Source of the DNA: an uncultured Eisenbergiella sp. | Lineage (GTDB): Bacteria > Bacillota > Clostridia > Lachnospirales > Lachnospiraceae | Assembly: GCA_904392525.1 (NCBI GenBank) | Contig: CAJFMW010000009.1 | Span: 4,522-68,521, forward strand | DNA: 64,000 bases | Direction: 5' to 3' | Shown here: piece by piece, positions 41,251-50,418 of the stretch | Layout: each line of letters begins with the position of its first letter | Numbering within the stretch: position 1 is the stretch's first letter | Notes under the pieces: model-generated | What the model saw: only the letters and a program-made list of their open reading frames with translations | Databases searched by the model: none | What the model was told of the DNA's origin: nothing | Program-made: the position numbers and the translations under genes

Positions 41251-41982
41251 TCAGCGTTTCAACGAGCGCAGATGCGCCTTCGTCTGCGCGTCCACACAGC
41301 GGGACTCTGTCGTTTTCTGAATCGCCCGGTTATAGGTAAAATCATCCAGCGCACAGGATGCAAAATAACTTTCCGTTTTCTGCGGGAAACGCACGTAGCA
41401 CATGGAAACCGCCCAGGCCACGGCCATTTTCACATAATAAGCCGGATGACGGATGCTGTCGTATAAGGGAAACAGTCTGTCGATGTATTCAGGGTTTATG
41501 TAGTAATCCAGAGACATGACCACGGCGAAGCGGACGACGAATTCTTTCTTCGACTGAAAATAGGGCAGAAGAAAATCCCATACCTCTTCCGGATATTCCC
41601 GGGCGATTTTCAGCGTGCTGCAGAAGCTGTCGCAGACAGACCAGTTATCGATCAGGGGCAGAAAATCTGCGGTTTCCGAAAGGATTTCCGAAAGGGGCGC
41701 TTTCGCCCTCCTGCGGGCATAGCCGATCAGGAAGCCTTTCAGCATAATTTCTTCAAAAAAGACTTCCTTTCCGTCTCCTCCATCCAGAGCAATGCTGTCC
41801 GCATAGCCCTTCCAGTCTTTGGCGGCAAGCTGCTCCGCCAGCTTTCTCAGCTTCGGAAGGCGCACCCCAAGGACATTTTCCACGCCCGGAAGCAGGGACG
41901 AGGAAAATTTCTGATATTCCGGCTCGGCAAGGTCCAGGAGCCGCTCTCTGATCTCAGTTTTCTTTTCGGAAGAACGCTGCAT
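41251..41982 (-). CDS. DNA alkylation repair protein (AlkD-like HEAT repeat)
   Basis: LGVRLPKLRKLA, IDNWSVCD, YYVKMAVAWA. Confidence 0.85.
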   Translation of the reverse strand: MQRSSEKKTEIRERLLDLAEPEYQKFSSSLLPGVENVLGVRLPKLRKLAEQLAAKDWKGYADSIALDGGDGKEVFFEEIMLKGFLIGYARRRAKAPLSEILSETADFLPLIDNWSVCDSFCSTLKIAREYPEEVWDFLLPYFQSKKEFVVRFAVVMSLDYYINPEYIDRLFPLYDSIRHPAYYVKMAVAWAVSMCYVRFPQKTESYFASCALDDFTYNRAIQKTTESRCVDAQTKAHLRSLKR

Positions 41983-42514
41983 ACTTTTTTCCTTCCTCCA
42001 CATAATGACGGGCATTTTTCAGGCTGGCCGTCTTTTCCTCCTCCGTAACCGGACGCCGCACAACGGCAGGACTTCCCAGAACCATGGATCCGTCCGGGAT
42101 CACCAATTTACCCGTGACCAGCGCGCCTGCTCCAATCACGCAGTCCGATCCGATCACCGCCCCGTTCAGGATCACGGCTCCCATGCCGATCAGGGTTCTG
42201 TCCCCGATGGTACAGCCATGCACGATCGCGCCATGGCCCACGGTCACGTCCTCTCCGATATGAACCGGGAATCCCTCGTCCACATGAACCACCGCGTTGT
42301 CCTGAATATTGCTTCCCCGCCCGATCAGAACGGGCGCGTCATCCGCCCTCACTACGGCATGGAACCAGAAGCTGGTATCCTCTCCCGCTGTCACATCCCC
42401 GTAAAGGTCTGCATCCGGCGCGACGAACGCCGCCTTTCTGCTGATTTCCTCTCTCTTATCCGAAATTTGATCCGAAATGCAATGTCCGACGGAATCCTTT
42501 CTTTTTATTTCCAT
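41954..42514 (-). CDS. Gamma-carbonic anhydrase-like hexapeptide-repeat protein
   Basis: SNIQDNAVVH, VTVGHGAIVHGC, LIGMGA. Confidence 0.92.
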   Translation of the reverse strand: MEIKRKDSVGHCISDQISDKREEISRKAAFVAPDADLYGDVTAGEDTSFWFHAVVRADDAPVLIGRGSNIQDNAVVHVDEGFPVHIGEDVTVGHGAIVHGCTIGDRTLIGMGAVILNGAVIGSDCVIGAGALVTGKLVIPDGSMVLGSPAVVRRPVTEEEKTASLKNARHYVEEGKKYAAFFRKEN

Positions 42515-42784
42515 GATTTCCCCCTTTCTGCCATTTTTACGGAAAATCCGGCTCCGGCCGCTCTCCCTGAGAGATCCGGCCAGGAACCCTTTCCAGTGAT
42601 TCCATCATAGCAATGGGGCTGCCAAAAAGCAATCCCCGGCATTTATTCCGATTCATTCCTCAGCATAACCTGCAACGTAATTTTCTCCGCTCTCATACAG
42701 TCCAGAAGATCCGACTGGTGGTGGCGGCATGCGGACAAGCCAAATTTTCTCTGGCGAATTAACCCGAGAAATTTTTAAAACCCA

Positions 42785-42813
42785 TTGACATTTCATACTT
42801 TTTCTTGTATTAT
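42785..42813 (+). promoter_or_regulatory. Sigma-A promoter of the tRNA gene
   Basis: TTGACA-17 nt-TATTAT. Confidence 0.75.
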
Positions 42814-42836
42814 TGAATAGCTTGATAAATGGATGG

Positions 42837-42922
42837 CGAAGCGTGGCTCAGTTTGGTAGAGCGCTGCGTTCGGGACGCAGAGGTCGCAGGTTCAAATGCA
42901 GGTTCAAATCCTGTCGCTTCGA
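42837..42922 (+). tRNA. tRNA-Pro(CGG) with a 12-nt tandem duplication in the T-arm; CCA not encoded
   Basis: Acceptor CGAAGCG/CGCTTCG, D-arm GCTC/GAGC, anticodon arm CTGCG-TTCGGGA-CGCAG; GCAGGTTCAAAT occurs twice (42886-42909). Confidence 0.92.
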
Positions 42923-42926
42923 CTTC

Positions 42927-42963
42927 AAAAAATCCCCTGAAATCAATACTTTCAGGGGATTTT
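42927..42963 (+). terminator. Terminator-like hairpin after the tRNA
   Basis: AAAATCCCCTGAAA...TTTCAGGGGATTTT. Confidence 0.75.
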
Positions 42964-43078
42964 ACTTTTTGCGCTTCGACGCTTTTTTGCCTGTTCTAAG
43001 ATTTGTTCTAAAAATTTTTCTCCAGATCCGGAGCCATAATCTCCACTTTACGAACTTTTCAAAGTGATGCCGTCCGAC

Positions 43079-43798
43079 CTACCAGGGAATCTCCTTCCCT
43101 TCATTGTCCATGAAAAGCAGCGTTCTGTCCGTTCTGTCGATTCCAGCAAACAGGTCTGCCAGCTGTACCGCCGTCTCATAGGGATCCAGATCCGCGTTCT
43201 GACCTCCCATATCGGTTCTCATCCAGCCGGGATGAACGGCAATCACACGGATACCGCGGGAAGAAAGATAATTGTCCAGAAGCTTCGTTGCCATGTTCAG
43301 GGCGGCTTTTGACATACAATAGTCAAATTCCTTTTCTCTGCGTGCGGTTCCAATGCTTCCGCTTTCGGAGGAAATATTGACAATCATCCCCTCTCCGTTT
43401 CCGGCTATCAGAGGAAGGAACGCCTTAACCACACGAAGCGGCCCTACTGCATTCACATCATAAACCGCCGCGCATTCATCCAGATTCGTCACTTCCAGTA
43501 TCTCACGGGAAGACGGTCCGTGAATCCCGGCATTGTTGATCACAAGCTCAATCCGTTCCGTTATCTCTCCCGCCTGCTTCGCCGCTTCCTCTACGGAAGC
43601 CGTATCCGTCAGATCCATTCTGAGCGGATACAGGCTGTCCGGATATTTCCTTTTCAATCCCCCAATGCTGTTCTCTCCGGGGTGTCCGTCGCCGCGCACT
43701 CCCGCAAGCACACGCCAGCCCTCTTCCAGATACCTTTTGGCAAAATTCAGCCCCAGACCACGGGAGGCCCCCGCGATCAAAACCGTTTTCTGTTTCAT
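43079..43798 (-). CDS. Short-chain dehydrogenase/reductase (C-factor/CsgA-like)
   Basis: GASRGLG, INNAG, YCMSK, HPGWMRTDMGG. Confidence 0.9.
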   Translation of the reverse strand: MKQKTVLIAGASRGLGLNFAKRYLEEGWRVLAGVRGDGHPGENSIGGLKRKYPDSLYPLRMDLTDTASVEEAAKQAGEITERIELVINNAGIHGPSSREILEVTNLDECAAVYDVNAVGPLRVVKAFLPLIAGNGEGMIVNISSESGSIGTARREKEFDYCMSKAALNMATKLLDNYLSSRGIRVIAVHPGWMRTDMGGQNADLDPYETAVQLADLFAGIDRTDRTLLFMDNEGKEIPW

Positions 43799-43829
43799 TT
43801 CTTCCTCCATATTAAACGATTGTTCCGTT

Positions 43830-45500
43830 TTATACGCTGTGATAAATCCGCTTCACAACCTCATAGGCCAGCTTCGGCCGTCTGTATTCGTCCACAACTC
43901 CCTTGTTGTTCATGGTTCTTGGCCGAATATGGAACCAGCTGTCGCACACCCTGCAGTCGCAGAACTGCCAGATGTAGACGCCGCTGCAGCCCTCCTGGGA
44001 AAAGATGGCTGAAAGCTGCTTTTCCAGTGCCTGCGCCTGATATTCCTCTGACCATTTTACCTTCTCCGGCGTGCGGTAGCCATATATGGCGCCTGCGCCC
44101 ACTTCCGTGATCAGGAAGGGCTTTCCGCTTCCTCCGGTTTCTTCCTGCACCCAGTCGTAAAGATCCTTCAGATAAACATCCACCGGCGTATCGTGATACC
44201 ATTGAGGATAGATGTTATAGGATACCACATCCGGCAGATCAAAACAGATATCCGTCTTGAACTGGCAGCTTGCAAAGGAGCAGGGACGGCTCTGATCCAG
44301 ACTGCGGATCAGTTCAAGCTGTTTTCTGTAGCATTCTCTCCCGTATTCCGTATGGCTGGCGCACTCGTTCAGAATACCCCAGATATAGATGGAAGGATGA
44401 TTGTAATGAGCCTCAATCATCTCCCGGATGCAGTCCTCACACTGGCGTTCAAAGTTAGGGTTGCGCATATCCTCTTCAGAAAGCCCTCTGGCGTGATTTT
44501 CTTCCCATACCAGCATTCCGGTCTCGTCGCACAGATCCAGAAACAGCTCGTCATTGGGATAATGAGAGGTACGCACCGAATTGGCTCCCAGATCGCGCAT
44601 CAGCGAAAGATCCCGGCACATGGCCGCATAGGGAAGGCTGCAGCCGAACTGAGGATGGTCTTCATGGCGGCAGAATCCCTTAATCCGCAGCTTCCGGCCG
44701 TTCAGCAGAATATTCTTTCCTTCTGTCTTTATCTCCCGAAAGCCCACCCGGTCAATCAGGTCATCCATCTGCTGTCCGTCCTGCGCGCACAGAACCGCAG
44801 ACAGAAGATACAGCCGGGGATTTTCCGGACACCAGGCCTCAGCCTGCGGGAATGCAATTTCTCCTGTGGAAAAGGAAGCTGTCTTCCCCGGCTCCGCATG
44901 AATGGAAAGAGATACGAACCCTTCTCCATCCAGATACAGCTCCAGCCTGCCCTCAAAGGATTTTTCTGACAGATTTACTACTGATGCTTCTACAGAAGCA
45001 TACCACTGCCCCTCCTGAAGATGCGGGGTAAAATGCAGTCCGGCCACATACTGGTCCGCCAGTTCTTCCAGCACCACAGGTCTTGTAATTCCTCCATAGG
45101 TCTGATAGTCGTTCGGCACATGCAGGGCAGAATCCGGCCCGAAGGAATTGTCCACGCAGACCTTCAGGGTATGTTCTCCTGCCGGAAGGCCCTTCACCAC
45201 CGCAGAGAACGGCGTGTATGCGTTGTAATGCTCCACCGCCATTTTATCGTCCACATAGACCTGTGCCGTATGGCTGACTCCCTTGAATTCCAGCCGGATA
45301 TTACCTGATGCGGAAAATTTTCTCTCATAGCATGCTTTTCCCCGGTAGGTCAAAGTTTCCGGCTCGCTCTGCCAGCAGCCCGGAACCGGCGTTTTCAGCC
45401 GCACCGCCTCTCCTTCCTCCGGAAGCGTCTGGAAATCCCATAGACTGCCGGAAAGCTCCTGCGTTTTTCTGATTTTGTGTGTTTCAAATGCGCGTACCAT
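43830..45500 (-). CDS. GH2 beta-glucuronidase-like hydrolase
   Basis: KGFCRHED, RTSHYP, WGILNE (acid/base), ITEVG (nucleophile), NNKG (NxK glucuronidase motif). Confidence 0.85.
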   Translation of the reverse strand: MVRAFETHKIRKTQELSGSLWDFQTLPEEGEAVRLKTPVPGCWQSEPETLTYRGKACYERKFSASGNIRLEFKGVSHTAQVYVDDKMAVEHYNAYTPFSAVVKGLPAGEHTLKVCVDNSFGPDSALHVPNDYQTYGGITRPVVLEELADQYVAGLHFTPHLQEGQWYASVEASVVNLSEKSFEGRLELYLDGEGFVSLSIHAEPGKTASFSTGEIAFPQAEAWCPENPRLYLLSAVLCAQDGQQMDDLIDRVGFREIKTEGKNILLNGRKLRIKGFCRHEDHPQFGCSLPYAAMCRDLSLMRDLGANSVRTSHYPNDELFLDLCDETGMLVWEENHARGLSEEDMRNPNFERQCEDCIREMIEAHYNHPSIYIWGILNECASHTEYGRECYRKQLELIRSLDQSRPCSFASCQFKTDICFDLPDVVSYNIYPQWYHDTPVDVYLKDLYDWVQEETGGSGKPFLITEVGAGAIYGYRTPEKVKWSEEYQAQALEKQLSAIFSQEGCSGVYIWQFCDCRVCDSWFHIRPRTMNNKGVVDEYRRPKLAYEVVKRIYHSV

Positions 45501-45671
45501 AGATACCCATCCTCCTGTGCGCTTTATTTTTTACGAACCGGTCTCCCCTACGGCTGCTGATCAACAGCCATCCGAGAACGGCCCGCATTTCACAAAAAGA
45601 CAACCCTCCTCCCGAAAGAGAAACGGTTGTCTTTTCTGTTCACAGGCCGCGGTAATCCGCCTGCCTCATAC

Positions 45672-45992
45672 TCATCCCATCGCCTGCTCGATCTTCTTCT
45701 GCAGCTCGTTCTTGGAAACCGCTCCGACGATTCGCTCCATCTCCTGGCCGTTCCTGATAATGAGGAAGGTGGGAATGTTCATAACACGATATTTGCCCGC
45801 AATATCCATGCAATCATCGATGTTCAGCTTTCCAACCTTGGCCTTTCCTTCCAGCTCATCCGCAAGCTGTGCCACCACGGGAGCCATCATCTTGCAGGGG
45901 CCGCACCAGTCCGCGTAAAAATCAACCAGTACGGGCTTATCAGACTTTAATACTTCTTCTTCAAAATTTTCTGATGTAAATTTATATTCCAT
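45672..45992 (-). CDS. trxA: Thioredoxin
   Basis: DFYADWCGPCK. Confidence 0.95.
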   Translation of the reverse strand: MEYKFTSENFEEEVLKSDKPVLVDFYADWCGPCKMMAPVVAQLADELEGKAKVGKLNIDDCMDIAGKYRVMNIPTFLIIRNGQEMERIVGAVSKNELQKKIEQAMG

Positions 45993-46267
45993 ATGCCTCT
46001 CCTTTCGCCGCTGCACGCGGCCTTTTATTTTCAGTGACTTCTATCTTCCCGTCTCGTCAACGGCCTTCATACCGTATTCCCAGCATAATACACAATCAGC
46101 CTCTTTGCAAGGCAAAGTTATCCACATATACGTCTCCTGTTTTCCACCTGCTGCCAGGTGCCGGGTTCTGTCCGAAAAACCGATTGACAAATCCCCCATA
46201 CAGGACTACGCTGAGGGTAAGAAGAGCAACTTAATAACAGCACTGGACTACGGGAAGGAGGATTTCT

Positions 46268-46888
46268 ATGAGAATTATTACCATCAGCCGTGAGTTTGGC
46301 AGCGGAGGCCGCGAGCTCGGAAAGCGTCTGGCGGATGCGCTCGGCTTTGCCTACTATGACAGAGAAATTGTGTCTTCCATTGCCGAAAAATGCAATCTGG
46401 ACGAGGGATATGTGGAAAATGTGCTGAGAAAGGGACTGACCATCAATGTGCCGGTCACCTTCGGCCATACCTTCTATTTCTATTCCGATCCCACTTCCGA
46501 AAATGAATTGAAGGTGCTGAACACGCAGCAGCAGATCATCAAAGAACTGGCGCTGCGCGGCGACTGCGTGATGGTTGGGCGAAGCTCCGGCATTATCCTT
46601 GAAAAATACAATCCGCTGAGGCTGTTTGTCTACGCCGACATGGAATGGAAGGTGAAACGCTGCAGGGAGAGAGCTTCTGCCGATGAACACCTCACCGACC
46701 GGGAGCTTGAGAAGAAAATCCGCCAGATTGACGCGGGCCGCGCCAGACATCAGAAGCTGCTCACGGACCGGAAATGGGGCGACAGAGAAGGGTATGATCT
46801 GTGCATCAACACCACCAGTCTGGAAATCAAAAAAATCATTCCCGGCCTGAAGGAAATGGCTTGGTGCTGGTTCGATCAGCAGGAATAA
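46268..46888 (+). CDS. Cytidylate kinase-like family protein
   Basis: IITISREFGSGG, VMVGRS, YDLCINT. Confidence 0.88.
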   Translation: MRIITISREFGSGGRELGKRLADALGFAYYDREIVSSIAEKCNLDEGYVENVLRKGLTINVPVTFGHTFYFYSDPTSENELKVLNTQQQIIKELALRGDCVMVGRSSGIILEKYNPLRLFVYADMEWKVKRCRERASADEHLTDRELEKKIRQIDAGRARHQKLLTDRKWGDREGYDLCINTTSLEIKKIIPGLKEMAWCWFDQQE

Positions 46889-46914
46889 GCGGGATAAAAA
46901 TGAGGGAACGTTTT

Positions 46915-47571
46915 TCACGTTCCCTCTGTTTTTCCTTTTTTAATGATGTATTTGCAGATGGGATTGCCCGCCGCTGAAAAGCGCTCCTCATACTCCGTCA
47001 TCACGTTTCCCTGCATCAGCCGTTCATCTGCATGCAGGTCGAAGGTCACCTCCTCCGCCTGCCATCCTGCAGGCTCCAGCTCCTCCAGCGCGAAATCGAA
47101 CAGCGGCCTGTTGTCCGTTTTGAACTCGATCGTCCCCTCCGGCTTCAGAATCTTTTCATACCGGGCCAGAAACTGTCTGGATGGAAGCCGCCTCTTTGCA
47201 TGCCGGTCCTTGGGCCAGGGATCTGAAAAGTTCAGATAAATACGATCCGCTTCACCGGCACCGAACACCTCTGTAATCTCTTCCGCATCCATGCGGATAA
47301 AACGCACATTGGGGAGTTCCTGCTCCTCCATCTTCTGAATCGCCCGGATCAGCACGCTGGAATACTTCTCAATTCCGATATAATTGATCTCCGGATGAAG
47401 GGCCGCCATTTCCATAAGAAATCTGCCCTTTCCCATGCCGATCTCGATATGCAGCGGCGCTGTCCTTCCGAATACCTCCACCCAGCTTCCCGCATGCTCC
47501 TGCGGGTCATGTATGACAAAACGGCTCTGCGCAATCGCTTCTCTGGAGCCCGGAACGTTTTTTAGTCTCAT
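46915..47571 (-). CDS. trmB: tRNA (guanine-N7)-methyltransferase
   Basis: IEIGMGKG, YLNFSDPWPKDRHAKRRL, FKTDN, MTEYE. Confidence 0.95.
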   Translation of the reverse strand: MRLKNVPGSREAIAQSRFVIHDPQEHAGSWVEVFGRTAPLHIEIGMGKGRFLMEMAALHPEINYIGIEKYSSVLIRAIQKMEEQELPNVRFIRMDAEEITEVFGAGEADRIYLNFSDPWPKDRHAKRRLPSRQFLARYEKILKPEGTIEFKTDNRPLFDFALEELEPAGWQAEEVTFDLHADERLMQGNVMTEYEERFSAAGNPICKYIIKKGKTEGT

Positions 47572-47803
47572 CTTCCTGTCCTTTCCCCTATCTTCGGCAG
47601 GCATTCCTGCTGCCCACTTTTTGTTTCATTTTAACAGATCTCGCAACAAAATGGAAGCCGTGGCAAAAAGGATGCCGCAGCAAAAGGAAAGCTGCAGCAA
47701 AAAGAAAATCTGAATTTTTTCTGAATTCCCTTAAAAACAGAGCCGGGATAGTGTATGATAGAATAAGTAAAAATTTCATGATTTCAAAAGAAGGTATGAA
47801 AAA

Positions 47804-49345
47804 TTGAGGATATATTTTCTAAATAAAAATAAAAATCGGCGCGGTTCTGTCCTCCACAGGCGGGCACGTTCTGTCATCTCCGCTTTCTGTGCTGTCTTCC
47901 TGCTGTCTGCGCTCGTTCCCTGTTCCGTTCTGGCAGCGCCCGCCGAAGAAACAGGAACCGATTATGATGCGCAGGCGGAAGCGCGCAGAGAAATGACCGT
48001 GGAGTCCAACGAATGGGAAAACTGGCCCGCAGGCCCGGCCATCAGCGCACAGTCCGCCATTCTCATGGATGCGGAAACCGGCGCAATTCTGTATGAAAAA
48101 AATATCCATGAGCAGCTCTATCCTGCCAGCATCACCAAGATTCTGACTGCTCTGATCGTCATGGAACAGTGTCCGCTGGATGAAATGGTGACTTATTCCA
48201 ACGAAGCGGTAAACAGCATCAACTGGCAGACGGATTCCAACATCGGCATCAAGGCCGGAGAACAGATCACAGTAGAGCAGTCCCTTTACGGACTTCTTGT
48301 CGGCTCCGCCAATGAAGTGGCAAATGCTCTTGCGGAGCATGTCAGCGGAAGTGTGGATGCCTTTGCAGAACTGATGAATGAACGCGCGGCAGAACTTGGC
48401 TGTGTGGATTCTCATTTTGCTAATGCCAACGGAATTTTTGATGAAAATCATTATACCTCCGCTCATGATATGGCACTGATTGCGAAGGCTTTTTTCTCAA
48501 ACGATCTGCTTTCCAAGATATCCGGAACATCAACCTATACCATTCCCCGATCTGATACCGTCAGCGAGGAGCTTCTCATCACCTGCCGGAATCAGCTTCT
48601 TCCCGGCAAATCGTATGCCTACGAGTATCTGGTGGGCAGCAAGACGGGCTACACCTCGGAAGCCCGTCAGACCCTGGTGTCCTGCGCCCAGAAGGATGGC
48701 ATGAAGCTCATCTGCGTGGTCATGAAGGAAGAGTCTCCTTCCCAGTTCACGGATACGATCGAGCTGTTTAACTATGGATTCAGCAGCTTTCACATGGTGA
48801 ATGTGGCCGATGCGGACAGTCGTTACACGGTGGGAAATGAGCTTTTCTTTGAGGCAGACGCTGATGTATTCGGCAGTTCCTCTCCTCTTCTTTCCATCGA
48901 TTCTGCCGATTCCATCATCCTGCCGAATACGGCTGATTATGAGGACACGCAGTCCACACTTTCCTATGATGATCCGGAGGACGAGGATGCGGTCGCGGAG
49001 ATTTCCTTCACCTATAACGATGTATATGTAGGCAGCGCAACGGTCCGGGTGGTAGACCAGGTTTCCGGCAATTCCGTTGGGGATTCGGCTTCCGGCAGCA
49101 CAGGAGACACGGAATCTTCCAATGTGGATCCTTCCACCAGCCGGATCTACATCAATGTACGAATGGTACTCATCGGTGTAATATCCTCCTATCTTCTGCT
49201 GAATTTCCTGGTCTGGCTGATCACCCTGTTTCTCAACTACAGCTTTTCCAGTCAGCGGAAGGACCGGAAACGGCGGAAAAGACGCCACACCCATGAAACC
49301 ATCGATTATGACCGGTATTCCCGGAAGGATCCGGAGGGGTTCTGA
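47804..49345 (+). CDS. D-alanyl-D-alanine carboxypeptidase (peptidase S11)
   Basis: PASITK (SxxK), SAN (SxN), KTG; signal peptide and C-terminal TM helix. Confidence 0.92.
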   Translation: MRIYFLNKNKNRRGSVLHRRARSVISAFCAVFLLSALVPCSVLAAPAEETGTDYDAQAEARREMTVESNEWENWPAGPAISAQSAILMDAETGAILYEKNIHEQLYPASITKILTALIVMEQCPLDEMVTYSNEAVNSINWQTDSNIGIKAGEQITVEQSLYGLLVGSANEVANALAEHVSGSVDAFAELMNERAAELGCVDSHFANANGIFDENHYTSAHDMALIAKAFFSNDLLSKISGTSTYTIPRSDTVSEELLITCRNQLLPGKSYAYEYLVGSKTGYTSEARQTLVSCAQKDGMKLICVVMKEESPSQFTDTIELFNYGFSSFHMVNVADADSRYTVGNELFFEADADVFGSSSPLLSIDSADSIILPNTADYEDTQSTLSYDDPEDEDAVAEISFTYNDVYVGSATVRVVDQVSGNSVGDSASGSTGDTESSNVDPSTSRIYINVRMVLIGVISSYLLLNFLVWLITLFLNYSFSSQRKDRKRRKRRHTHETIDYDRYSRKDPEGF

Positions 49346-49400
49346 GAGAATGCCCGTCTGTAAAAAAAGCCCGGGGCCACAGCTCCAGGCTTTTTGCTTT

Positions 49401-50414
49401 TTATTTTTTCTTCCCTTTCATCTTCTTCTGCCCTCTGGCCGCGTCCCTCCTGTGGAAAAGCTCCGCCGCGTCTTCTTCCGAAATAAACTTCGTGGTCTTC
49501 ACTGCATAAACCCCGTCGTCTTCTGTCCTGCGGATGCGGATTTTTCCCTTCATATAGCCGTGCTGGTTGCAGAAGGAAAGGCTGTAATAATGCTTACCGT
49601 TTGGAGTGAACCATTTGATCTTCCGTTTCAGATTACGGCGGCAGATGTAGCATTTCGTACTCGCCACCTCCCGGTCCGTGAGAAGCTGTGCCTTTTCATC
49701 GAACCGCCTGGAAATGTACTTGGCATAATCGTCAAACACAATGCGGACCTCATCCTTCCGGCTCTGCGGCACCTGAAAGGTGTCAAAGGAAACCTTCTGA
49801 AGCACCTGCGGATCCTTAATCTGCTGCAATACGCCCGCCGCATAATAGGCGTCGCTCAGGGCGCGGTGAAAGGCGCTGTCCTTTGGGATTTTCAGATAAT
49901 CCACGGCATATTCCAGATTCCGGCGGATTTTTTTATCCTCAAAAGCGATGCTGAACAGCTTCTGGATATCACAAAACTTCACCGGCCCGCTGCCAAGAGG
50001 CTCCATCCCGTAAAACCGCATATTCCTCTGCAGCTCCGTCAGATCCTGCGGTCCCCAGGTGGCGAACAGATACGGTACGGGTGTCGTTTCTGTCAGATCG
50101 CTCCGTACCGGTTCCCCGTCCGCATCCTCCTGCGCGGGCGCACTGCACCAGGAAAGGAATCGCCTGCAAACGCCCGGAAAGAAGTCTCCCTCCTGCAGCT
50201 GTTCCATGTCCATATGGAGAAGCTGCCTGGTCTTACGGTGCATTTCCTGATAGACCTGCGGCTTTACGACCTCATGAAAGCTGCCGCACAGCTCCATCCG
50301 GCCGTTCAGCTTAATCGCGCCGATTTCTATAATTTCGAAAGGGATATCCTTTCTCTGCTTCTCTTTTTCCTCATTTCCCTGATTCCACTCCAGGTCCAGT
50401 ACGATATAATTCAT
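49401..50414 (-). CDS. DEDDh 3'-5' exonuclease (KapD/ERI1-like) with a C-terminal Cys/His extension
   Basis: VLDLEWN, EIIEIGA, HRALSDA; CYIC...CNQH. Confidence 0.85.
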   Translation of the reverse strand: MNYIVLDLEWNQGNEEKEKQRKDIPFEIIEIGAIKLNGRMELCGSFHEVVKPQVYQEMHRKTRQLLHMDMEQLQEGDFFPGVCRRFLSWCSAPAQEDADGEPVRSDLTETTPVPYLFATWGPQDLTELQRNMRFYGMEPLGSGPVKFCDIQKLFSIAFEDKKIRRNLEYAVDYLKIPKDSAFHRALSDAYYAAGVLQQIKDPQVLQKVSFDTFQVPQSRKDEVRIVFDDYAKYISRRFDEKAQLLTDREVASTKCYICRRNLKRKIKWFTPNGKHYYSLSFCNQHGYMKGKIRIRRTEDDGVYAVKTTKFISEEDAAELFHRRDAARGQKKMKGKKK

Positions 50415-50418
50415 TGGC

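Noticed and set aside
39861-41982. Ogg and AlkD-like genes as a DNA-repair operon
   Set aside because: They are on opposite strands and separated by an Lrp gene; no shared regulatory motif was seen
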